DNA from: Candidatus Latescibacterota bacterium
GTDB lineage: Bacteria; Latescibacterota; UBA2968; GCA-2709665
Reading direction: 5' to 3'
NCBI GenBank assembly: GCA_965203805.1
Contig: OZ241917.1
Span: 1,632,001 to 1,696,000 of the forward strand
Length of the DNA: 64,000 nucleotides
Shown here: one piece after another, positions 1-9,365 of the stretch
Layout: every line of letters begins with the position of its first letter
How positions within the stretch are numbered: the first letter of the stretch is position 1
The notes under the pieces: generated by a model
Database searches by the model: none
Seen by the model: the letters and a program-made list of their open reading frames with translations, nothing else
Told to the model about the DNA's origin: nothing
Made by a program: the position numbers and the translations under genes

Positions 1-45
1 AGAACAGTTCGTGTGGGAGGACTTTCCATCTAACCTCTGCCTGGT

Positions 46-2181
46 TCAGTCTCCGGCCTCCGTCCACTGGTACACGTGAACCTCCAGCGGCAGGAACAGA
101 TCGATGAACTCACGGGACTCGCTCTGCGCCATGCGATCCTCGAACAGCACCCTGGGCTGAACCGGTCCGTCGAACCGCCACGTGCCCAGAACCAGGGCCG
201 GTTCCACGTTGACCGCGATCAGGGTGTGGACCCCGTCGTGCCGCCGCTCGATGAAGTGAATGGCGTCGCCCTCCTGCTCGAGCTGCACGCTCCGTACCCG
301 GGCACCCGCCGCCAGTGTGGGGGCCAGGTGTCGCACCTCGCTGGCGACCTTGAGCACCTCGGTCCATTGCCGCGGATAGATGGCCACGTCGTCGGTGTAC
401 TCCGTGCCGGGGATCTCGCCCCCGGGCGCGTAGAACAGCAGCCCCTTGACACCCCTCGTCAGGGCGAGGTAGTTCATGGACCGGATCTCCTCGCGACTGG
501 GCCGGAAACCCCCTTCGAGGGTTACGACCTCGCCGCGCTTGCTGTCGAGACGATAGTCGAAGGCCTGGGAGATGAACCACACATGCTTGCCCTTGCCCTC
601 CACCCGCGCAGCCTCGAAGGCATCGTCGAGGACCAGCTCGTAGATCGAGGTGATCGAGTCGTCGGGCAGCAGCGGGTTCAGGATGGGGTAGCCGTAAACG
701 AAGTACGCATCGCTGAGTCTCCCACCCCACGTGAGCATAAAGATGATCGGGTGGTCCGCGTCGTGCTGCCGGATGAGCTCGTAGGTCTCCGTCGCCAGGG
801 GAGCCTGGTTGTCGCTGGCGTACTCGTTCCACCACCCAAGCGTGGCCGGGTGGTCCTTCGCCTGCTCCACCACCTCCGTGAGCTGCCCGGGCTCGCCTCT
901 GCCCAGGGCCAGCGAGGCATAGTACACGTGCACCAGCCCCTTCATCCCGAGATCCAGCAGATCGTCCAGCATCTCCCCGGCGCCTTCGCCGATCAGCTTG
1001 TAGTTGATCCCGGCCTCGGCCGCCTGGGCGATATAGGGCATCCTGCTCGTGGGTGAGACGTTCGACGAGTAGATTCCCACCGGGAAAAAGGGCTCGCCGT
1101 TGACGCGAAACACGTCCCCGTCGAAACGCGACTCCGATGGCACCGGCACGTTGACGCCGAAGCGCCAGCGCAGGCGATTGCCGGCGTTGCCGGCGCGGTC
1201 GTTGACGACCACCTCCACCTGGTGGATGCCGTCCTCCAGGGCTCCGGTCTCCGAGAAGGTGAATCCGCCCTCCGTAACCGCGGCGCCGGCGGTGACGTCC
1301 TCGCCGTCCAGCAGGATCCGCGCGGAGGCGACGTCGATGCCCGAGCCCTCGTCATCGAAGACAGCCGAGATGACCGGCGAACCGCCGACCCTCGTGTCCG
1401 GCGCGGGGCTGGGGAGCACGAACGCCGGCGGCCTGGTGTCCTTCTCCACCACCGGCGTGGTCTGCGCCATCAGGCGATCCCGTATCGATATCCTCAGGTC
1501 CTTTTCGGCTTCGTATTGAGCGGCGATCTCCCGGTCTGACAGGGCGCGGTTGTACACCCGGACGTCGTCGATCTGACCCGTGAAGTGGCCGCCCAGGCCG
1601 GAGCCGTAGAAGCTGGCGCCGATGTACATCGGCGCCTCCAGGGTGCCGGTCACGAAGGGCTCACCGTACCGCCCTTTCAGGCCGCCGTTCACGTAGACCC
1701 TGATCCCGTCGCCGTCGTACGTGCCGGCCAGGTGAAACCAACTGTCCTGTTTGACGTCTCCGCCGGCGGCGCTCTTGCCGTGCTCGGGACACTCCACCAG
1801 GGAGAACCGGACCGCGTTCTGGCCGAGGCTGAGCCGGTAGTTCTGGCGCAGCGTGCTGCAGCCGTTCTTCGACAGCACGGTCTGCCCGGATATGACGGGC
1901 GTGTTCACCCAGCAGGTCACCGTGACCGCATCGGAGAGTCTCAGCATCTCCGAGTCCGGGATCTCCACGTAGTCATCCACCCCGTCGAAGCGGAGGGCGT
2001 AGCCCTGATCCAGTTCCACGTACTCGGCCCCGTGAATGGCGCCCTGGAGGCCGTGGCCAGAGGCATCGCCGGCCACGGAGCCGGCCCCCTCATCGAACAT
2101 ATAGTGCGCCACGAGGCCCTCCTCCGCCGCCGCGGCGCCGGCTGCGAGGGAGAGGATGATCAGCAATATCTTCGTTCCCAT
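46..2181 (-). CDS. Secreted LamG/concanavalin-like domain protein with Ig-like and putative glycoside-hydrolase-like C-terminal domain
   Basis: ORF 46..2514, likely start MGTKILL (signal peptide). LamG motifs WFHLAGTYDG and GQIDDVRVYNRALS; VNGEPFFPVGIY. Confidence 0.7.
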   Translation of the reverse strand: MGTKILLIILSLAAGAAAAEEGLVAHYMFDEGAGSVAGDASGHGLQGAIHGAEYVELDQGYALRFDGVDDYVEIPDSEMLRLSDAVTVTCWVNTPVISGQTVLSKNGCSTLRQNYRLSLGQNAVRFSLVECPEHGKSAAGGDVKQDSWFHLAGTYDGDGIRVYVNGGLKGRYGEPFVTGTLEAPMYIGASFYGSGLGGHFTGQIDDVRVYNRALSDREIAAQYEAEKDLRISIRDRLMAQTTPVVEKDTRPPAFVLPSPAPDTRVGGSPVISAVFDDEGSGIDVASARILLDGEDVTAGAAVTEGGFTFSETGALEDGIHQVEVVVNDRAGNAGNRLRWRFGVNVPVPSESRFDGDVFRVNGEPFFPVGIYSSNVSPTSRMPYIAQAAEAGINYKLIGEGAGEMLDDLLDLGMKGLVHVYYASLALGRGEPGQLTEVVEQAKDHPATLGWWNEYASDNQAPLATETYELIRQHDADHPIIFMLTWGGRLSDAYFVYGYPILNPLLPDDSITSIYELVLDDAFEAARVEGKGKHVWFISQAFDYRLDSKRGEVVTLEGGFRPSREEIRSMNYLALTRGVKGLLFYAPGGEIPGTEYTDDVAIYPRQWTEVLKVASEVRHLAPTLAAGARVRSVQLEQEGDAIHFIERRHDGVHTLIAVNVEPALVLGTWRFDGPVQPRVLFEDRMAQSESREFIDLFLPLEVHVYQWTEAGD

Positions 2182-2334
2182 ATTGACACTCGCATCTCCG
2201 AAAGGTCTGACTTGCGTTCCGTGATGGTATTTACAACCCTGCATCCACACGTAAGGATCGTTCGATTGTGCCGAGCAGCGCCCCATGCAGGCGCGTGACA
2301 ACTCCGACGCCACAGCCATCTCAATTCGGCATTC

Positions 2335-2426
2335 GCCTGACGTTTCACCGGTTTGCGAACCCCGGGAGAGGGTTGCCCGAAGTGTCAGGGCGCGAACAGC
2401 GCACAGCACAAACCGTGCTGTTACAA
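2335..2426 (-). repeat. attC-like site
   Basis: GCCTGAC..cggtttgcg..gcacaaaccg..GTTACAA. Confidence 0.65.
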
Positions 2427-2446
2427 GATGAGGAGGGAATTCCACC

Positions 2447-2475
2447 TTTACAAGTATCAGGTTATACCTTACACT
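2447..2475 (+). promoter_or_regulatory. Putative sigma70 promoter/operator of higBA
   Basis: TTTACA-17bp-TACACT, 6 nt before the toxin frame; imperfect palindrome gtatcaggttatac in spacer. Confidence 0.55.
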
Positions 2476-2481
2476 CCGTCC

Positions 2482-2926
2482 GTAATAAAGACAATTGCAG
2501 ACAAGGAAACCCAACGCATTTGCCGCACCGGCGAATCCAAGAAGTTGCCCGTTGACCTGGTGCGAAGAGCAATCCGCCGCTTAGAATACATCGACCTCGC
2601 CAACACGTTGAATGATCTGAGAGTTTCACCTGGTGTCCTGTCCCAAAAATACCTCACCATTCTTCCGCAGATTCATCCCGTCTCGCAGCGTTGACATCGC
2701 TCGCCGACCGTGCCAGGTCGCCTGCGCTCTGGCACCTTGCGAGCCGGGCGACTCTGCGGCCGAATTTTGGCAACTTATTTCCGGGACAGAACACTGCAAC
2801 CGCCTGCACCAGTTGAAGAAGGAACGAAAGGGACAACACGCCATCGCCATCAACGAACAATGGCGCATCTGTTTTCGGTTTGTTGACGGGGACGCATACG
2901 ACGTAGAATTCACGGACTATCACTGA
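2482..2926 (+). pseudogene. higB: HigB (RelE/ParE family) toxin interrupted by a MITE
   Basis: IKTIADKETQRI...DLRVSP and NRLHQLKKERKGQHAIAINEQWRICFRF...EFTDYH halves split by insertion; expected start reads GTA. Confidence 0.8.
2633..2794. mobile_element. MITE (~160 bp) with terminal inverted repeats
   Basis: GTGTCCTGTCCCAAAAATA ... TATTTCCGGGACAGAACAC; partial copies at ~19497 and ~59533. Confidence 0.75.
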
Positions 2927-2938
2927 AAGGAACATCCC

Positions 2939-3253
2939 ATGGCCATCACAAATATACAGAAACGCGCCATCCCACCAACTCATCCTGGTGAGATGCTGCG
3001 TGAGGATTTCCTGCCGGACTACGCGCAAACAGTGACTTCCCTGGCGGAGGCATTGGGAGTATCCCGTCAAACGATAAATGAGCTTCTGCGGGAGCGGCGC
3101 GCCATCTCGCCCATCATGGCATTGAGACTTGCCCGCTTGTTTGGAAACTCTCCGGAATTTTGGATGAAGGCCCAACACAAACGAGATCTTTGGGAATCAG
3201 AGCAGCGACATCAAGGCGAGCTGGCGGACATCGAACCGCTCGCTATTCCGTAG
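2939..3253 (+). CDS. higA: HigA family antitoxin
   Basis: PTHPGEMLREDFL, HTH, ALRLARLFGNSPEFWM. Confidence 0.9.
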   Translation: MAITNIQKRAIPPTHPGEMLREDFLPDYAQTVTSLAEALGVSRQTINELLRERRAISPIMALRLARLFGNSPEFWMKAQHKRDLWESEQRHQGELADIEPLAIP

Positions 3254-3265
3254 ACACCTTCCCCT

Positions 3266-3348
3266 GCCCAAACCCCTTCCCTGCCCCCGAACCGCGTAGC
3301 GGTTGGGCGAAGGGGTTCTTGCCCAGAAGCCGGGGCACGGTGTTAGAG
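3266..3348 (-). repeat. attC-like site (degenerate)
   Basis: cgaaccgcgtagcggttg..gccggggcacggtGTTAGAG, same family as 35117. Confidence 0.6.
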
Positions 3349-3381
3349 GGTGTGTGGCCAGATGTGAGTTTGGTTGGTTGC

Positions 3382-3672
3382 TCAAGCGCGCAACGACCGC
3401 GCCACGGCTTCGGGATTTTCCGATGCAATCTTCAGTAGAGCCCGAGCGGGACCCTCCGGACGGCGGCGTCCCTGCTCCCAATTCTGCAACGTAGAGACGC
3501 TGACGCCAATCATCAGGGCAAATTCAGATTGCGATCTATCCAGCTTTTTCCGGATCATTCGAATATCGGCGGGATCCATCTGGATCGTGCGTCCTGGTTT
3601 CAGCTTGCCGCGCTTGATCGCTCCGGCCTGCTTGACGCTGGTTGCAAGTTGGTCAAAGTCGCGCTCATTCAT
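3382..3672 (-). CDS. HTH (Xre/NadS-like) antitoxin
   Basis: SQSEFALMIGVSVSTLQNWEQGRRRPEGPARALL. Confidence 0.85.
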   Translation of the reverse strand: MNERDFDQLATSVKQAGAIKRGKLKPGRTIQMDPADIRMIRKKLDRSQSEFALMIGVSVSTLQNWEQGRRRPEGPARALLKIASENPEAVARSLRA

Positions 3673-3986
3673 GCCAGATACTCCTTTACGAGTTCACGAA
3701 GCAACTTACATTGCCGAGGGGTGAGATCGTCCTGGCGGCCCTTGCGAAACACCCACAGCATGTAAAGGACCTCGGCCGGCTTTTCCCAATAGTAGATCAC
3801 ACGAATACCGCCACGTTTGCCAGCATGCGGCGATTTCCATCTCAGTTTTCGCAATCCACCCGTACGCCTAATTACGTCCCCTGATTCTGGCCGGAATAGG
3901 AGCGCCAGCTGCATTGCCCGGTAGTCCTCATCCGATAGTAGGGTCGAGATCTCTTTTGTGAAGATGGGTGTTTCGACGAAGGTCAT
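3669..3986 (-). CDS. RelE/HigB-2 family toxin
   Basis: MTFVETPIF, GGLRKLRW, GKRGGIRVIYY; overlaps antitoxin start. Confidence 0.85.
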   Translation of the reverse strand: MTFVETPIFTKEISTLLSDEDYRAMQLALLFRPESGDVIRRTGGLRKLRWKSPHAGKRGGIRVIYYWEKPAEVLYMLWVFRKGRQDDLTPRQCKLLRELVKEYLA

Positions 3987-3992
3987 ACACCA

Positions 3993-4021
3993 ATTATACG
4001 CCAATGACGCATAGTGCGCAA
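3993..4021 (-). promoter_or_regulatory. sigma70 promoter with operator palindrome; leaderless TA transcript
   Basis: Minus strand TTGCGC-17bp-TATAAT, 6 nt before ATG; palindrome TATGCGTCATTGGCGTATA. Confidence 0.7.
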
Positions 4022-4044
4022 CGTCTTTGCTTTGGCCACATGGC

Positions 4045-4123
4045 CTCTAACTTTTCGCCGTGCCCGAACCTCGAAGCGGTTGCGCGAAGGGCGCATGCCC
4101 TAAGCCGGCCACGGGCGGCTAAC
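4045..4123 (-). repeat. attC-like site (one core degenerate)
   Basis: CTCTAAC..cgccgtgcccgaacc..gcggttgcgcgaaggg. Confidence 0.6.
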
Positions 4124-4150
4124 GCGCCCGTGGCCGAGAAGAACGACGGT

Positions 4151-5071
4151 TCAACAATCTTCAACGAGGTTTGCCGTCGAGCCTTCGTCCCATGTACCTG
4201 GATCGGGAGCTTTCCAGGCTAGCTCGACATCAATTGAGAATTCAACCATAGGAAACCCTTCCGCGTAGAGCTTATAGAAGAGTTGGTACTTTCCGTTGTC
4301 GCTCACGATGGCCGCTCTGGGCGTGTCCCTTGCACTGTGAAGAAATAACCCAGGTAGGTCTGCGTGGACCGAGAAAAGGTCAATTGCAGAGTGATCCATG
4401 GGGAGTATCGTCCTGCTGTACCCTCCCTGTCCTGTCCATTTGATGTGAGCTCGGTCCGGTGAATCCGTGCGGCCGTTTGGACCCTCGATATAATCGAGAA
4501 TACAAATGGCATTTACTGCCGCTTCATCAGGCCGCATGTTTCTGACCCAGACTTGGTAGACTCTCACATTATAGGTGCCTGTGTGATCCCTATAGTAGAA
4601 TGGATTGGTAAATTCGTGCTCTTCGATTACGAGATTTCTGGAGTAGGTCGGCTCCCACTTTCTCGCTTTCACTGTCGCGCGGAGCTTCGCAAGTAGCTCT
4701 TCCTCGTCCCTGAATGTATCCAGGTTGCTTAAGACATACTTGACAAACCCATCGAGTTGGCAACCCACCTGTTGAAACGCGATCATCTCTGGAAATCCCA
4801 AATGGTGGGCAAGTGCGAGCTCTTGATGTGTAAACAGCGAACAAGAAAGCTCGTTTGGCGAGCTCTGACGACGAAGAAAATCCACGAAAAGATAGTAATC
4901 TGAAGAGCGGAGTTCCTGAGTGATCTTCATGATGTCGTCGAGACTCTGAATATTGAAAGCCAGGTATGACTGGAGACCGAATTCATCAAGAAGTAGAGTA
5001 GCTATCTTGTCAGCGGTCTCTCTCTCATCCCGATGACGTTGGCCACAGCTAATGAATACTTTTCAAGGCAT
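4151..5071 (-). pseudogene. TIR/DUF4062-like N-terminal domain protein with in-frame TGA at codon 3
   Basis: Frame of ORF 4151..4930 extends to ATG-CCT-TGA-KVFISCGQRHRDERE. Confidence 0.55.
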
Positions 5072-5098
5072 AAATAACTCCAGCTATTTGGGCATGGC

Positions 5099-5186
5099 GG
5101 CTAACGTTCCGCCGGTTTGCGAACCTGCCGCAGGCAGGTTTTCTGCGACGGCCGGATGGCCGGAGCCGCAGCCCGTCGTGTTATGT
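5099..5186 (-). repeat. attC-like site (arms poorly matched)
   Basis: GGCTAAC...GTTATGT. Confidence 0.75.
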
Positions 5187-5263
5187 GCAGTTGCAATCCC
5201 GGTTATCGCCGGCCTTGCCACGGATGGCAAAGTCGGAAATGGGCTGATACCACAGAACCTCAA

Positions 5264-6037
5264 TCAGGCCTTCTTCCTGCGAAATGCCAAAGCCGTTTCG
5301 TAGTGCTTGGTAATCGATCCTCCGTAGCTCCTGCCTATCAGGTCAGCGATACCGTCAAATAGGAGCGCGCGATTGTACTCGGGCAGCGCGATGTGGTCAG
5401 AGTAGGTTCCAAGGAGTTTGATGTACTCTTCCGCAGAGTAGTTTGCTGTCCACGGGTACACTCGGTGGATAGGATCGGCAAAAGCGCTGGTTCCTGGTTC
5501 TGGGGCATCGGAAGTGGCCGGAGTACTGGGATCCTGAGGGGAATCTGAGACTACATAGTGCTTGGCATAAACTTCCTGGACTTCCGCAAAGAAACCTTCG
5601 TCTCTTCTTACGTGTTGGTTGGAGAAGATGGCCAACGATCCCCTGGCCTTCAGGGTGTCACGGGCTCGAATGAATCTGACTCTCCGACTCACCCAGCGGA
5701 ACGCCGTTGCGGAGATCACAAGGTCAAACTTGCTAGCCGAGTCCCAATCTTCAAAAGAACACAGCACGAAGCGAACGTGCTTATAACCGCTAAGTCGCGC
5801 CCTCGAAACCTCTATCAAATCCTGGCCAATATCCAAGCAGGTCATTTCGCAACCGAGGGTCGCAAATAATCTCGAAGCCTGTCCGGTTCCACACCCGACT
5901 TCCAGGACTCTTCCGGATCTATCCATTCCGGACAGATCCAAGACATCTGTGACAAGTTCATCAGGGTATCCAGGCCTCACTTCGTCATAGAGCGAAGCAA
6001 CGGTATCGAAAGTAGTTTTGAGATCAGGACGGGACAT
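5264..6037 (-). CDS. Class I SAM-dependent methyltransferase (paralogue of 37633..38406)
   Basis: VLEVGCGTG, FDLVISATAFRW. Confidence 0.85.
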   Translation of the reverse strand: MSRPDLKTTFDTVASLYDEVRPGYPDELVTDVLDLSGMDRSGRVLEVGCGTGQASRLFATLGCEMTCLDIGQDLIEVSRARLSGYKHVRFVLCSFEDWDSASKFDLVISATAFRWVSRRVRFIRARDTLKARGSLAIFSNQHVRRDEGFFAEVQEVYAKHYVVSDSPQDPSTPATSDAPEPGTSAFADPIHRVYPWTANYSAEEYIKLLGTYSDHIALPEYNRALLFDGIADLIGRSYGGSITKHYETALAFRRKKA

Positions 6038-6099
6038 TAGAATTCCTAAGATTTGCGCGTAGGTGGCGCAGAGAGGCGTCGCTACGAGACCGCCATTGC

Positions 6100-6222
6100 C
6101 AATAACGTTCTCGCCACTTGCGAACCTGCCCGGCCTTTTCCGGCGGGTTGCCGTCAGGCCAAGGAGCCCTTCGACAAGCTCAGGATAAACTCCGCGACGC
6201 TGCGCAAGTGGATGTGTTATGC
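6100..6222 (-). repeat. attC-like site with nested mini-repeat
   Basis: CAATAAC..ccacttgcg..cgcaagtgg..GTTATGC. Confidence 0.8.
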
Positions 6223-6298
6223 GTCTGCAGAGGTTTTCGCAGATCAAGCGGCCAAACGGGCACCCTGTATGGGTTTTTCCGATTATTGACTTTCGGTC

Positions 6299-6871
6299 TC
6301 ATTCCCCCGAGCGAGCCAGATGCTGGAGCGTCAACGAAACTGTCGCAGCCCACGACAGGACTTTGAACTCCCCGGTCCTTAGAGCATCCTCCAGCTCTTC
6401 GCGAGCAAGATGCAGAAGCTCCTGGTCCTCGATGTCATCACTCGAAGGTTCTGCTACCAGTACAGCATCGCGGGCCAGGAATAGATACCGAACGCCAACG
6501 CCGCGATTGGGATCGACTTTGTAGCTGCCGAGGTCAATCCACTCGGTCGATTGAAATCCGGTCTCCTCCAGCAGTTCACGCTTGGCGGCGTCCAGAGGAT
6601 CTTCCCCAGGTTCGATCATTCCTCCTACTGGAGCCAGGGATGTTCCCTCCACTGCATACTTCGTCTGTCGAAAACAAAGGAACTTGCCGTCGCAAGTGGT
6701 GGCGAGGACAATCGCAGCGTCAGGCCCAACAATCCATGGCCAGTCAGAGATAACCTGCCCATCCGGCCATTCCACTGTATGACTCTCAACGGTCAGGTAC
6801 GGACCCCGATTGATGATAGTGCGACGGGAGAGGGTCTTGAACGGTCGCAGCTCGATACATTCTGGTCCCAT
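6299..6871 (-). CDS. NUDIX hydrolase (ADP-ribose pyrophosphatase-like)
   Basis: GGMIEPGEDPLDAAKRELLEETG. Confidence 0.85.
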   Translation of the reverse strand: MGPECIELRPFKTLSRRTIINRGPYLTVESHTVEWPDGQVISDWPWIVGPDAAIVLATTCDGKFLCFRQTKYAVEGTSLAPVGGMIEPGEDPLDAAKRELLEETGFQSTEWIDLGSYKVDPNRGVGVRYLFLARDAVLVAEPSSDDIEDQELLHLAREELEDALRTGEFKVLSWAATVSLTLQHLARSGE

Positions 6872-6932
6872 CTGTCCTCCGACGTTTACGTCCTGTTTAG
6901 GGATTTTTCATCACGACGCCCGGTTGCCGTTT

Positions 6933-7382
6933 TTATCGCAATGGGGCTAACTCTTTGAACAGGAAAAGCTCCCCCAGGTCGTCCTCAAACGGGAAACCCG
7001 CCAGAAACCCGCACTCGGCAAACCCCATGTGTCTATGCCACGTCTGCGGCTCGTATTCATCTACGACGCACGAACTCAACAGGATCCTGTGGCCTCGGCG
7101 CCGCAGATCATCTTCTACGAACGCCAACATAGCCTTCCCAACACCCTTTCGCTGGTGCTCACGCAATACGTTAATCAGGCTGATGAACGCGGTGCCGCCG
7201 TCATGTCCCGGCCACAGAAAGCACAGGTGAAGCATTCCCACGAGTTTACCCTGCAATTCCGCGACGATCACTTCGTTTATGCCCGAGATCTGCTCAGCAA
7301 ATCGATTCGAGTCCAATGTGGCAGTCTTTACGCACCACTCGACGTCTGCCTTGCCAGCAAGTCTCACCCGTATGTCTGCCAT
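6933..7382 (-). CDS. GNAT N-acetyltransferase
   Basis: VLREHQRKGVGKAML acetyl-CoA motif. Confidence 0.8.
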   Translation of the reverse strand: MADIRVRLAGKADVEWCVKTATLDSNRFAEQISGINEVIVAELQGKLVGMLHLCFLWPGHDGGTAFISLINVLREHQRKGVGKAMLAFVEDDLRRRGHRILLSSCVVDEYEPQTWHRHMGFAECGFLAGFPFEDDLGELFLFKELAPLR

Positions 7383-7624
7383 GGTTCACCGTATACCGCA
7401 GGACAATCAACGCTTTCGCTCAACGGCCCGGCTGTTCCTGAACCGCGCAGCTGTTTTCTGCTCCGTCAAACGCAGCGGGACTTACGTCGCACGACGTAAG
7501 CCCCTTTCGTTTTACCTCCTCGATGAGGTCCAACCCAAGTTACCTTCATCGGCCCTCCCCTTCCGGCACGCCATCGCCCGGAAGGACGAGGAGAAGGGCA
7601 GTGTCGACCTGCTCCCGTTTCGGT

Positions 7625-8677
7625 CTATAGCAGATGGTCCAGAATGAGATTGGTTGATTCAACGATGCGTTGATCGCGAGGCCGTAGATCCGGCTCGAAC
7701 GCCGTGCCCGTCAGATGTTGCAGACCCTGAATGTAGCGGACAGCGATTTCTCCCGCCTGCTCGTCCGTGAACTGCTGGTCCTTCTCCGTAACCATCCCTC
7801 GCGCGAATTCTTTCGAAAACGAAACCGGTTTGCCATTCCGCGTCAGCGGCTGTCCGCCGTCGTCCATTCGCCAGAAGCGGCTCGAGTCCATCGTGTACAA
7901 TTCGTCTGCCGCCACGATCCGATCTTCTGTGTTGACCCCGTGTTCCGTTTTCGTGTCCACGAGGATCATTCCGCGCTCGGCGAGATACTGGGAGACCATC
8001 CCGAAAGCCATGATGGATGCGTTGCGGAGCTCGTTGTATTGGCCGGGCGTGCAGACATTGTTGTCAAAGAGATACTGCGGATCGATCGTACGGTCCACCT
8101 TGTCCTTGGTGCTCGGCGTATCCATTAGGTATGGCAGCACGCCATTGGCGGACAACTGGTCCACATCGATCTGATGGCCCGCATAGTCGAGCGTCGTCTC
8201 ACCCGCCTCTCTGGCTTGCAGCCAGTGCTGATAGAGGGACGTCGAGGTGCTGCTCTCGGCGTTATACATCCGAAGGACGTTTTCCACCATGATCAGCTTC
8301 AAATTCTCTGCCGGAATCACCGTCGAACTGGCCTTAAGACCAGGCACCTTGAACTGAGAACTGCCCAATACGTGTTCCACCAGACGCAGCATGTGGTCAT
8401 GATTGATCGCCAGCACCTGATCTTTGAACGGGATGGCTCCGCGATTCACATCGTGCGTCGATATCCGGTTGTTCCGGAACATCAGCCGGATCGGCTGGCC
8501 TTCGCTGGTCGCGAGGCTCTCGCCAAACACCGAGTCCGATACCTTCCCCTCCAGGATGGTGCAACCATCGAGACGCGGAAGATCACCATCGGCGATAATC
8601 TGCTTGATCGGACGCCCCTCATTGACGCGTGCACCGTTCTCGGCCACTAATACTCTGATCTGGGTATCATTTAGCAT
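7625..8677 (-). CDS. purC: SAICAR synthetase-like protein (long, divergent)
   Basis: EGKVSD, RISTHD, IPFKDQVL, LVDTKTEHG, DELYTMDSSRFW. Confidence 0.7.
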   Translation of the reverse strand: MLNDTQIRVLVAENGARVNEGRPIKQIIADGDLPRLDGCTILEGKVSDSVFGESLATSEGQPIRLMFRNNRISTHDVNRGAIPFKDQVLAINHDHMLRLVEHVLGSSQFKVPGLKASSTVIPAENLKLIMVENVLRMYNAESSTSTSLYQHWLQAREAGETTLDYAGHQIDVDQLSANGVLPYLMDTPSTKDKVDRTIDPQYLFDNNVCTPGQYNELRNASIMAFGMVSQYLAERGMILVDTKTEHGVNTEDRIVAADELYTMDSSRFWRMDDGGQPLTRNGKPVSFSKEFARGMVTEKDQQFTDEQAGEIAVRYIQGLQHLTGTAFEPDLRPRDQRIVESTNLILDHLL

Positions 8678-9365
8678 GGGTACAGTCCTGTTCAGGTGAA
8701 GGCCTCTCGGGGGAGACGCTCAAGGGAACAGCGATCGTCGTAGAGGCTGGCTTTAGGAAGCGGATCGTCGTCAGGCCAAAGCCGGCGGGATGCCATGCGG
8801 GGGGAGTATTTGGGCGTCGCAATAACCAGTCGGCTTGTTACAATATTTAAGATACATGGTGTGTCCGCTCAGAGCAAGAAAAACCGGCTCGGAGGTGGAT
8901 TGGGCGAGGTAAGTCCGAGCTTTCGGGTCTTGTGCACAATCAGCGGGGGTTGGGTGGCTGGGTATCCTCCGCCGCTTGCGTGTGACGTTCTGGGCATCCA
9001 CGAACCTGCCGACCCATCGCGAATGCGGTCAATGGCCCATTACTATTGCAGACCAATGACGCAGGAGGCAGGTTTCGGCGGAGGCCGCATAGCCCGAGCC
9101 GTGGGTCCTCGCGTTGAGTGCTGTCGTGGTCTGGAATGGGTGGAATTCCTTACAGGACAGCAAGGCCGCTGCGCGCGGCCGAGGCTACTTGGACCTTGAC
9201 AAGCCACACGTTTCTAGTTATAACTGGAAACAGTGCGTTGCAGGACGCCTCCTGTCCGCGGCAAGGGCTTAGCTCACCTGCACCTTCCAAAGAGACACTC
9301 ATCACGGTTGCCTCTTTTCTACCCGATCAGAAGCGGACATCGGGATTTCTTAAAAGGAGGCTACC

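Noticed and set aside
7400-7500. Further attC sites here and at ~8980-9260, ~18222, ~28260 and ~48620
   Set aside because: Only one core or arm recognisable; too degenerate to call
8680-8860. ZMP/ZTP riboswitch upstream of the purC-like gene
   Set aside because: Only a GACTGG word is present; the other conserved elements were not found by eye
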